DNA of 62,685 nucleotides, filler included, from Chiloscyllium plagiosum (Eukaryota), in the NCBI RefSeq assembly GCF_004010195.1. It is 5 parts of one record of this genome, joined end to end, with 100 filler letters (N's around TTAATTAATTAA, not from the genome) between each part and the next. Parts side by side here need not be neighbours in the genome. Positions count along the whole stretch, not along the records: positions 1 to 25,276 come from NC_057711.1; 4 more parts are not named here. One strand, 5' to 3'. Shown here in pieces: positions 1 through 10,734 of this stretch (positions within the stretch are counted from its first letter, which is position 1; every line of letters begins with the position of its first letter). The notes beneath the pieces are model-generated. The model was not told where the DNA came from and did no database searches. It was given only the letters and a program-made list of their open reading frames with translations. The translations under genes were made by a program, and so were the position numbers.

Positions 1-490
1 ATAGTGATTTGTATCTGCCGCTTCCGGTTGTCAGTTCCAGCTGTCCGTTGCCATGAACATCTGCATCCATGAACACCACCTAGCCACGAAATGTCACGAC
101 CAGCTATCCTTAGTAGCCACACATGCAGATGACAAGCAACATGAATTTGACTGGGACAACACTACTATTATAGGGCAAGCCAAACAGAGAACAGCCAGGG
201 AATTCCTAGAGGCATGGCATTCATCCACAGATTCAATCAATAAGCACATCGACCTGGACCCAATATACCGACCACTGCAGCGGACAGCTGGAACTGACAA
301 CCGGAAGCGGCAGATACAAATCATTATAAATGCCTGAGGAAACATCACAGAAGCACTTCACAGGAGGCTCCCAAAGCACTGAGGATGTCACCTAGACAGG
401 GGACGAAACGTCTGCAACACAAATTCCCAGCTTGTCGAACAGAACCACAACAACGAGCACCCGAGCTACAAATCTTCTCCCAAACTTTGA
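1..490 (+). mobile_element. Penelope-like element 3' fragment (GIY-YIG C-terminus plus pLTR), with an inverted piece at 1-52
   Basis: ORF 53-337 reads IHEH..ATK..DQLSLVATHADDKQHEFDWD...AREFLEAWHS..SINKHIDLDPIY, a PLE endonuclease tail. Bases 1-52 are the reverse complement of ~277-330. The same family occurs on the minus strand at 21721-22189, which retains the HYIGQTGR (YIG) motif. Confidence 0.85.
376..415 (+). ncRNA. Minimal type I hammerhead ribozyme motif (PLE family A)
   Basis: GCA-CTGAGGA-T-GTCACCT(AGAC)AGGGGAC-GAAA-CG-TC-TGC: CUGANGA and GAAA cores, stem II, palindromic ACGU stem III, GUC cleavage triplet, and GCA/TGC stem I. Confidence 0.75.
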
Positions 491-710
491 AGAGGTAGTT
501 TCTTTACTCAGAGAGTAGTAGGGGTGTGAACGCACAGTCTGCAACAGAAGTAGACTCACCAACTTTAAGGGCATTTAAATGGTCATTGGAAAGGCATATG
601 AGTGAGAATGGAATAGTGTAGGTTAGATGGGCTTCAGATTAGTTCCACAGGTCAGTACAACATCGCGGGCTGAAGGGCCTGTACTGTAATGTTCTATATT
701 CTATGTTCTA
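491..710 (+). mobile_element. CR1 LINE 3' end
   Basis: FFTQRVV..W-like end of ORF2, the gggctgaagggcctgt 3'UTR motif, and a (gttctat)n-like tail. Confidence 0.75.
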
Positions 711-1720
711 AGTCAGGATGGTGAGTGGCCCAAATGGAAACTTGCAGATATTAGTGTTCCCATGTATCTGCTACCCTTGTCCTTCTAGATGGAAATGGTT
801 GCGGGTTTAAAAGGTGCTGTCTAAGGATCTTTCTCGAATTTCTGCTGTGCAGCTTGTACACACTGCTGCCACTGAATGTCGGTTCTGGAGGGAGTGGACA
901 CTTTTGGATGTGGTGCCAGTCAAATAGGCTGCTTTATCCTGGACAGTGTCAAGCTCTTGAGTGTTGTTGGAACTGCACTTTTCCAGGCAAGTGGGAGTAT
1001 TCTATTACAATCCTGATTTGTGCGTTGTAGAAGGTGGACAGGCTTTGGGGAGTCAGGAGGTAGGTTATTCACTGCAGTACTCCAGGTAGGCCTTTAGGAC
1101 TGAGATGAGGATAAATTTCGTCTCCTAGAAGAGTGGTGAGTGTGTGGAATTCTCTGCAACAGAAAGCAGGTGAGGCCAAAACATTGAATGTTTTCAAGAA
1201 GGGATGAGATATAGTTCTTAGAGCTAAAGGGATCAAAGGGTAAGAGAAAGCAGAGTGCATTGAGTTGGATGATCAGTCATGGTCATATTGAATGCTGGAA
1301 CAGGCTCAAAGGGTCAAATGGGCAAATGTGAGGACTGCAGATGCTGGAAACCAGAGTTTAGATCAGAGTGGTGCTGGAAAAGCACAGCAGGTCAGGCAGC
1401 ATCCAAGGAGCAGGAAAATCAACATCTTGGGCAAAATTTCCTGATGAAGGGCTTTTGCCTGAAACGTTGATTTTCCTGCTCCTCGGATGCTGCCTCAAAG
1501 GGTCAAATGGTCGACTTCTGTTCCCATTTACTCTGCTTACATGTTCCAATGTGATTGATAGGGTGTCAGTCAAACCGATTGCTTTGTCCTGGATGGGTGA
1601 TGAGTTTCTTGAATGTTATTGGAGCTGCATTTATCCAGGCAAGTGGGGAGTATTCCTTCATACTTCAGGCTTGTATCTTGTAGATGTTGGATGGGCTTTA
1701 GGAGTCAGGAGCAATGTTAC
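711..1720. mobile_element. Composite of an old minus-strand LINE remnant and a CR1 3' end (+, ~1088-1545)
   Basis: Degenerate blocks recur at ~4730-4950, ~14700-14900 and ~46680-46810. The CR1-type cctttaggactgagatgagg...gatcag.catg..catattgaat segment matches the end of 34602-35219. Confidence 0.5.
1322..1493. mobile_element. Short PLE-terminus insertion with internal inversion and a degenerate hammerhead (1441-1468)
   Basis: 17-bp TSD ctcaaagggtcaaatgg (1305-1321 and 1494-1510). Imperfect inverted arms at ~1395-1436 and ~1452-1494. Motif CTGATGA-AGGGCTTTTGCCT-GAAACGTT. Confidence 0.8.
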
Positions 1721-4700
1721 CTTGAAGTTTCACAAATGTGTAGCTAAAGTGTAACCTGGAATTTACAGGCAGTGCACAGCCAACATTGCTTTTATAACAA
1801 GTGCATGTTAAAACATGTTAAAACACCACGTCTATCTCACTGTACAAGCATGCTATGCAGTGCAAACAGAAAATAGAAGAAACATTGCTCAGGAAGTGAG
1901 TCAATTGCATAAATTTCCCAGCCTCGGACCAGCACTGGAGCATATAAGTGGCTGGTCCGGTTAAAATTTAGTCTGTGGTGATCCCAATCTTGAGATTACC
2001 ATGAGATGACTAATTAACCCTGCCAGTTTGCACAATGCTAAATTTAAGCAGACATGTCCCACAACATAATGTCCAGGCAACTAATACAGGAGCATGCATC
2101 TAACTTATCATCCAGGCAACTTTTGCCAATTTGATCAGTCCAGTCTACATGAAAAATAAAATGCTCCAAACTACAATATTTTCACTGTTACAGCTGCAAT
2201 TATTTATTGTTTATTGCTGTGTCAGAGGAATTGGCTCAGTAAACAACTTATGTTTGGTTCAGAATTCTGACAATAGAATGGGGCTTTGATCCCTGCTGTG
2301 GCTGAGCTAGACTCAGGACTGAGATCCTTGTCCTGTCCTGTAGTAGAATCATAGAATAATCCATGATTCAATGACCCTTGAATAACTGAGAATACCACCT
2401 CAGGAAAAACAATGCTGCTGTGTGAGTGAAATAAGAGCTAGAGTAGACTATGCAGCCTCTTGAGTCTGTTTCGCCATTTTATGTCACGGCTGTTATTTAC
2501 TTCAACACCAATTCCTGTGCTATTCCTGTTTACCTTAATGTTATTAATGATGCCCAAAGCAATGAGGAACAATATCTCAAATGACATTTAAACACTTCAT
2601 AGTCATCTGGACTTGACATTGATTTATTTACTTGACTTATTTATTGTCAAGCAAATAAATCAATTATTTATTTGTTACAAAATAGGGTGAATAGTGATGT
2701 ATGTTGTCGGCATTCTCTGGCGCCATCTTAAGATATAGACTTATAAATCAAAACATAGAATATAAAGACAGAAAATGAGGTAAGTGAGTGTCCAACTTTA
2801 CAGTCCTTCTTGTTAAGTGCTCCCATCCATGGTGGCCAGGCAGAAGTCTCCTTCGACGCAGCTCTCTCCTGGAGCGAAAGTCACCACTCTTCGGTACCAT
2901 GTCTCCTCCACCAACCACCTCGCCATTACTAGTCCTTGCTGGACTTCGCCAACGCAGACACCACTGATACTGCCAGATACCGAAGTGTCCCAAACTTGAC
3001 TCCACCAATGCCCTGAGTCTGCTTTGGGCCCACCTTGCCGATGCAACCACTGCTCATGTTGTCGGGTCTTCTACTGGGTCCAAATTCATCTCGACCACAA
3101 CTCCACGAATCTGCACTGGAAGCAGACACCCGCCTGGAACCCAACCTCACCTCCGCTGCAGCAGCCATGTGTTGCCGCTAGGACCCTTTACAACATCGAC
3201 AGACCACAAACTCAATTTAATACTGATCACCGCCCTCTCCTCCAACACCTCCCCTGCCCACCTTACTCGGTGTTATATCTTGCTTTTCATGACATTAGGA
3301 CCAACTGTGCATATTTGCCTTGTCTCCATACAACTATTATTGCTCACTTTGTCTTTTCTTCTTTGCTCGGTGGTCCAATCTGGTTTACATTTGCGCTGTC
3401 TAGCTTCTCAGGAAAGGCGAGCAGAATTGGAAATGGTGCAGAAATGAGGTGAGGCAGGCTAATAAAGAGATGCAATTGCATCGAAGTAAGGTTGTCATCC
3501 TCAATAGCACGATTTTTAAGTGGCCTTTCAAAGCTTAATGGATAAATTGGGCACGTTTTCTTCTCAGTGTTGAGGTTCAAATTTTTTTATTCTTGCTGTG
3601 TTTTCCCAACTTATGTGCCATTGCCCACATCATGGTGAGGGGTATCTGTCCGGGGGTTTTGTCTCAATAGTTTAAGCCTCTGGATTATTAGTTGTGTAGC
3701 ATGACCATTACCCAGTAAATAAGGAGGTCTGTTTCCAGAGGTTTGTACTTTCAAAGCAATTGTCAAAAGAAGGGATGGCTGTTTCGAAGAGGCATGATGG
3801 GCCAGGTGGTCTTCTTCATTCCTATATTGTTGTGTGATTTGTTGGCTCCTATGATTCATGAATACGTATTCTTTGGGGGTTGGTCTTTCACTAAGCTAAT
3901 GGTGAGGTGAAGGCTCTGTCTTTAAGCTGGTACTATCTGTAATGTTTGGGTAAAATGCCAGCATATTCCTAACACTCGTGGGTGGCCTCACATAGCACCA
4001 AATTAACCCATGAAGGTTCACCATTTTTAGATGTTTAAAAACATTTCTTCCAAACTGCCATGTACAAGAATTCTCAGTGTGAAGTCAGGCTTACCAAAAT
4101 AAGTCAGTTTAAAAATTCCCCTGTGATTACATTCACCAGTTTTCTTGTAACTGCACATCTGGAAACATGTATTTCCATAAATGAATCGTGTCATTTTAAC
4201 ACCTAAAATGTTAACTGTTTGGCATGCACTATTTAACATAAACAGTATCAGTTTCAGTGGAAGTGGTAGATAAATGACATTTCAAAAAAAAACTGACGAT
4301 CATAAATCTTTTTCCTTTGTGCTTTAATCAGCTGCTATGGCTTGCTGTCCATCTCAACACATTTCCTGTTAATGAAGCCATGAGGGAGGGACTGTTGAGG
4401 TGGCATTGGTAGCAACATTGAAATTACATGAATGTGCTTGAATGAATTTACAATGACATTACACACAAGTATAAAGATTCGATGAGTTGGCTTTCAAATC
4501 TGGTAAAGTGGAGCCTCCTTATGTTGTCTATTTCCCTATATCAGAATTTTCATCAAATACGTGTGAATTAATTGTGTATTCCTGTTCAATATAAAGTTCA
4601 AACAGGAGCCTTCTACGATTATAACCTGTCATAGCAACATACAGGGTGACATTTTTTTACGATATTTTCTTAATTCTGGTTGAACTTGAAATTAATTTTT

Positions 4701-5505
4701 TCTCATACTTTTTTTTTGAACAATTTGTTCATGAAATGTATGAATCCCACTGGCTGAGTAGTTTTTATTGCCCAACCCTAATTGTCCTTGAGAAGTTGGT
4801 GATAAGTTGCCTTCTTGAACCATTGTATGCCTTGTAGTTTAGGGACACCCACAAAGCTGTTAGGGAGAGAGTTCCAGCATTTTAATCCCATGACAGTGAA
4901 GGAACAAGTAGTAAAATTCCAAGTCAGGTTGGTGAGTTGCTTGGAGGGGAACACTTAACACAGTAAAGTTATTTCAACTTATCTTGACTTGTCAACATTT
5001 CTGCTAATGACTGGAAGTTCAAATGTCATTGGGGTCCCTGGAAAGTGTGACAATATCTGGGATTTAGGGTCTTTGTGGATTTAGAATGAAATGGCATTGT
5101 CCCGAGGTATAAAGTTTTGATTCTTCCCTTTTAATGAAACATTTTGTGCCTTTCACTTGATCATTAGCAACTGAACCATTTACTGTCAGATATACCACCA
5201 GCATAGGTCACAGGATGCCTTCAATTCAACCTACATTTTAAAATCCAGGACCAAACTATGATAATCTTATAATTGAAGATATAGTCCTAAAACATCCTCA
5301 TCTTATAAAGCACACACTTGTAATAATATACTGTCAGAAATAATGTATAAATTCAAACATTGATCCCAAGTGTATTTACTTTAACTCATTAATAGTTTCC
5401 ATTGTGACTGAGTATGTGTGTTTTAAAATGAAACCTCCAAGAAAAGTATATAGGGATTGCCTCATCACACAGATGATGGCGTACTTTTGTTTTATTCTTT
5501 TATAG

Positions 5506-5659
5506 TTCCATGGTTATCTGAGACCTGAGCCTACAGAGTGCAACAAGGTTTGGTTCTTTCCATCTGATCTGTCTGTTATATGATGAATATATGTTTTATC
5601 TGGTGGAACACAGAGTGGCTCAAGCTACTGGGGAAACACCTATAGCAATGATAGGAGAG
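5506..5659 (+). pseudogene. RFX3: Decayed exon of an RFX1/2/3-family (RFX3-like) transcription factor, dimerization-domain C-terminus
   Basis: Acceptor ttttgttttattcttttatAG and donor GAG|GTAAGA. Translation SMVI*DLSLQSATRFGSFHLICLLYDEYMFYLVEHRVAQATGETPIAMIGE versus recalled RFX3 SMVIRDLTLRSAASFGSFHLIRLLYDEYMFYLVEHRVAQATGETPIAVMGE. In-frame TGA at 5519-5521. The family call is firm; the paralog call is tentative. Confidence 0.85.
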
Positions 5660-5999
5660 GTAAGAATATTAGAGTCTTGGAACTTTGAACACAGTATATT
5701 TTTGCTATTAATTTTCTGCAACTGACTGTCACAAAAATGTCTAAGCGTATTTAATTATAGAAGCTGCAATACCCTTCAGTATCCATTTGAACATGTCAAA
5801 TTTGTATAGAGATGGCAATACATAGTGATCTCAAGTGTATAAAAATACCTAAGGCGCTTACACACATTTCCATCATCTGCCTACAATTCTTTCAGTGTCT
5901 TGCCCTCATTTTTCCTATTGGCTTTCTTTCTTCAACTTCCTACTATTAGAACATTTCTAATTTAAAAGATACATAGTTATAGCAAAGGAAAATGTTTTG

Positions 6000-6445
6000 T
6001 AACAATCACTCTTGACCCTCTCGGAGAAAAGATTTTTCCTAATAGCTACTACAAATGGACAAACCTTGTTTTTAAAAATGTGATGCTTATTGCTAGATTC
6101 TCCCAAAAAAAGGAAGCATTCTGTCCGCATCTACGCTCTCAAGATCTTTCAGGATTTTGTGTGTTTCAATCAAGACAATTCTTATTCTTCTAAACTCCAG
6201 AGGATACAAGCCTACACTATCCAATCTTTCTTCATAAGTCAAACCGCCCATTCCAGGTAAACCTTCTCTGTACTGCCTCCAATGTATTTACATCCTTAAA
6301 TAAGGTGACCAATACTGTGCACAATACTCCAGATGTGGTCTCACCAGTGCCCTGCATAATTTAATTCTCCTTATTTTTGTGTTCCATTCCCAATGTGATA
6401 ATTGATAACATTTATTCGCTTTCCTATTTACTTGCTGTACCTGCT
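6000..6445 (-). mobile_element. Old CR1 ORF2 3' remnant
   Basis: Minus-strand peptide LCRALVRPHLEYCAQYWSPYLR, a CR1 RT C-terminal motif. Confidence 0.8.
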
Positions 6446-7573
6446 GGCTGGGTATGCCAAGGCGAGTAACCCAGCTCTTGACACCCAATCCTGTCTGATA
6501 TCTCCACAAGACACAGGTTGGAATGCCTGTATGATTCCAGCTTCAATGGTACTCAAGAAATTTAACACCATCCAAGACAAAAGAGCCCATATGATTTGTG
6601 ACACATCTAACACCCTAAAAATCATTCGTACACAGCCAAAACAATGAGCTTTAGGTTGCAAGGTATCGTGATCCCTGTCCCACACCCACCCCTTCTCAAA
6701 TAAATGGACAACCTGGGGCAAACACATGAAAAAGCCCCAACTGTCCACAGCCTGTTTAGACTTGTTGAAGCATTAATTGGCTCAGGGCAAGACTTTCACC
6801 CCTGACTGAAATGTTATAGAGAGTTGCTGGACAATCAGATTACCCTGCAGCTCCTAAGTCCGATCAGCACTAGGTTCGAGTGGTTGTCCCTGCTGGGGAA
6901 GGTTTGCGATCATGAAGGTCAGATTTGTGTAAGCCCGGGTTTGGGGAGGTGTGGGGGAACCTAGCTGGCCAGGCCCAAGTGAGGAGGGAGGAGAGAGAGT
7001 GAAGAATGACAATCTCTGATAGGAACTCACCAAAGAGGCTCCCTGATGCCTCTCACCAATTCTCTTAATAAAATATATACACCTCGTACAGGACTCCCTC
7101 TGCTGTGATCTAAAATGGGGCAGAGGCTGATGGAAACAGTCAAGCAGACATTAACTGGTTACTTAAGGGCCTTCCTCAACCCACAGAATGGATGCTGCCT
7201 AACTCCTCCACAGCCTGTGTAAAATGACAGACAGGTTCGGGCAGGCAGGTCACATACAACATTTTATTAGTCCAACTAGCCCTTCCCCTCTACCCATCTT
7301 CAAAAAGATTCAGCCTAATGAGTGGTATCTATAATTGGCACTGTAACAATTCTCCAATACTATTTCATTACCATCTTCCAAATATTGACCCCTACCACCT
7401 GTAAGAAAAAGGCCAACAGGCACATTGAAACACTACTACCTGAAAATTCACCTTCAAAGCATGCTGCATCCTGACTTGAAACTAGATCACAGTTCCTTCA
7501 TTGTCACTGGATCAAAATTCAGGAACTCCAGCTCTAACAACAGTACATCACATGAGGGGCATCAATTCTGTGA

Positions 7574-9535
7574 GTGGCCCCTTGCTGAGATATTTATGTC
7601 ATTGATAGTCACAGGTGAGGTGCCGGAAGACTGGAGGTTGGCTAATGTGGTGCCACTGTTTAAGAAACTTGGTAAGGACAAACCAGGGAACTATAGACCG
7701 GTGAGCCTGACGTCAGTGGTGGGCAACCTATTGGAGGGAATCCTGAGGGACAGGATGTACACATATTTGGAAAGGCAAGGACTGATTAGGGATAGTCAAC
7801 ATGGCTTTGTGCGTGGGAAATCATGTCTCACAAACTTGATTGAGTTTTTTGAAGAAGTAAAGAAGAGGATTGATTAGGGCAGAACGGTGAACGTGATCTA
7901 TATGGACTTCAGTAAGGCGTTCAACAAGGTTCCCCATGGGAGACTGGTTAGCAAAGTTAGATCTTATGGAATACAGGGAGAACTGGCCATTTGGATACAG
8001 AACTGGCTCAAAAGTAGAAGACAGAGGTTGGTGGTGGAGGATTGTTTTTCAGATTGGAAGCCTGTGTCTAGTGGAGTGCCACAAGCGTTGGTGCTGGTTT
8101 ACTACTTTTTGTCATTTACATAAATGATTTGGATGTGAGCATAAGAGGTACAGTTAGTAAGTTTGCAGATGAAACCAAAATTGGAGGTGTAGTGGACAGC
8201 GAAGAGGGTTACCTCAGATTACAAAGGGACCTTGNNNNNNNNNNNNNTTAGGGATAGTCAACATGGCTTTGTGCGTGGGAAATCATGTCTCACAAACTTG
8301 ATTGAGTTTTTTGAAGAAGTAAAGAAGAGGATTGATTAGGGCAGAACGGTGAACGTGATCTATATGGACTTCAGTAAGGCGTTCAACAAGGTTCCCCATG
8401 GGAGACTGGTTAGCAAAGTTAGATCTTATGGAATACAGGGAGAACTGGCCATTTGGATACAGAACTGGCTCAAAAGTAGAAGACAGAGGTTGGTGGTGGA
8501 GGATTGTTTTTCAGATTGGAAGCCTGTGTCTAGTGGAGTGCCACAAGCGTTGGTGCTGGGTTTACTACTTTTTGTCATTTACATAAATGATTTGGATGTG
8601 AGCATAAGAGGTACAGTTAGTAAGTTTGCAGATGAAACCAAAATTGGAGGTGTAGTGGACAGCGAAGAGGGTTACCTCAGATTACAAAGGGACCTTGACC
8701 AGATGGGCCAATGGGCTATGTAGTGGCAGATGGAGTTTAATTTAGATAAATGCGAGCTGCTGCATTTTGGGAAAGCAAATCTTAGCAGGACTTATACACT
8801 TATGGTAAAGTCCTGGGAATGTGGCTGAACAAAGAGACCTTGGAGTAAAAATAGAGTCGCAGTTAGGTAGGATAGTGAAGCAGATGTTTGATATGCTTTC
8901 CTTTATTGGTCAGAGTATTGAGTACATGAGTTGGGAGGTCATGTTGCGGCTCTACGAGACATTGGTTAGGCTACTTTTGGAATATTGCATGAAATTCCAG
9001 TCTCCTTCCTATTGGAAGGATGGTGTAAAACTTGCGAGGGTTCAGAAAGGATTTACAAGCATGTTGCCAGGGTTGGAGGATTTGAGCTACAGGGAGAGTT
9101 TGAATGGGCTAGGGCTGTTTTCTCTGCAGCGTCAGAGGTTGAGGGGTGACCTTATCGAGGTTTATAAAATCATGAGGGGCATGGATAGGATAAACAGACA
9201 AAGTCTTTTCCCTGGGATGGGGATGTCCAGAACTAGAGGGCATAGGCTAAGGATGAGAGGGGAAAGATATAAAAGAGACCTAAGGGACAGCTTTTTCACG
9301 CAGGCGGTGGTACGTTTATAGAATGAGCTGCCAGAAGATGTGGTGGAGGCTGGTACAATTGCAACATTTAAAAGGCATTTGGATGGGTGTATGATTAGGA
9401 ATGGTTTGGAGGGATATGGGCCACCTGTGGGCAGGTGGGACTAGATTGGTTTGGGAAATCTGGTTGGCATGGACGGGTTGGACCGAAGGGTCTGTTTCCG
9501 TGCTGTACATCTCTATGACTCTATGACTCTATGAC
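7574..9535 (+). mobile_element. 5'-truncated CR1 LINE (RT region plus 3'UTR)
   Basis: Motifs VPEDWRLANVVPLFKK..PGNYRPVSLTS, QHGF, YMDFSKAF and KFADET, and a (ctatgact)n tail at ~9512-9535. An internal ~448-bp duplication spans the 13-N gap. Confidence 0.95.
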
Positions 9536-9569
9536 GTGTAGAGCCAACATACTTTCCTAAATGGCAGTG

Positions 9570-9905
9570 TTACTGTGGCTGCCCTGGCACTTTTATCTCT
9601 GAGTCATAAGGTTTTGGGTTAAAACAAAACTTCACGGCCTGAGCACAAAACTCAAGCCTGATACTCCAGTGCAGAAGTGAGACAGTGCCATTATTTTGGA
9701 CATACCATCTTTCAGATGGGAGGTTAAACTGCCTGCTCTGGTGGATGGAAAAGATCCCATTGCACCATTTAAACGTAGAGCAGGGGAGTTATCCTTAATG
9801 TCCTGCCTGATATTTATCTTTAACAGACTATTAGCCATGATCACATGTCAATATCACAAAGCAACTGAACTTCAAAAAGTACTTCATCGACTTTAAAGCA
9901 TTCTC
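9570..9905 (+). mobile_element. Deu-domain SINE (SacSINE1/AmnSINE1-like), degenerate
   Basis: tRNA-like head followed by aaaagatcccattgcaccattt...agagcaggggagttatcc...tgtcctg, resembling the recalled Deu core, and an L2-type 3' part. Confidence 0.6.
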
Positions 9906-10734
9906 AGACAATGATCATAAAATTCACAACATAAATGCAAGATTATTTTGTTGATGGTAGTTTATTTCCTACATTTTTGAATTTGGACTAAATTGTAAAA
10001 TGGACTATTTTAAAACCATGATGTGGAGGTGCCGGTATTGGACTGGCATGGACAAAGTTAAAAAGTTTTAAAACCAAGGATTCTGGAAGGAATTGATGCA
10101 ATTGAGCTGCGGTATCTTTCCATCCACCCATAAAATTGATGGCCTTTTCTTTGTCTGTCTACTTACATGTCATCTGGGTGGTTTAAAATTTGGATCAGTT
10201 TTAACTAGTAGAACCATATGCAGATAGTTCAAAACAGTTTACTTGTGATCAGCATTTATTTATTGTAATAAGTGGCACTTCTTGTTAAAAACATGATCTC
10301 TGTCAATGTTTTCTGTTAACTTGATTCCATTGGACAGGAAAATTAAATCTCAAATTTTTGGGGCAGCCCTAGATTTACTGATAAGCACATTTTTGAAATG
10401 GGGAATAATAATGGAAGCAATCCATAAAACAGAGAGCAAAATTCACAGATTTTAAGTTTGATAATATGAGAAATTTGTTTTTAGCCAGTGTGGATCTTAG
10501 CGCAATTTGAGTTTTCCACAGCAAATGAAAGTGTCAATATCAAAATGACAGTAATTTGTGGATTTCCTTCACTGCTTCATGGTTTGATTCAGGATGAGAA
10601 GTTCTGGTGCCACCATGTGGTTAAATTGGTTAAAAAAGGACACCGTTTTATTACTTACAATATTCAGTCAATATACAACACAAAGATAAGAATTTATTTG
10701 ACAATCTCAGGCCTTTGCAACGTCAACAGTATGT

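Noticed and set aside
5519..5521. TGA in the RFX exon as selenocysteine or readthrough
   Set aside because: The position is a conserved Arg (CGA>TGA transition), and seven other substitutions indicate neutral decay.
7787..8696. ~448-bp direct duplication within a CR1
   Set aside because: The copies are essentially identical (one G indel seen) and straddle a 13-N gap, so this is an unmerged contig overlap or a haplotype artefact.
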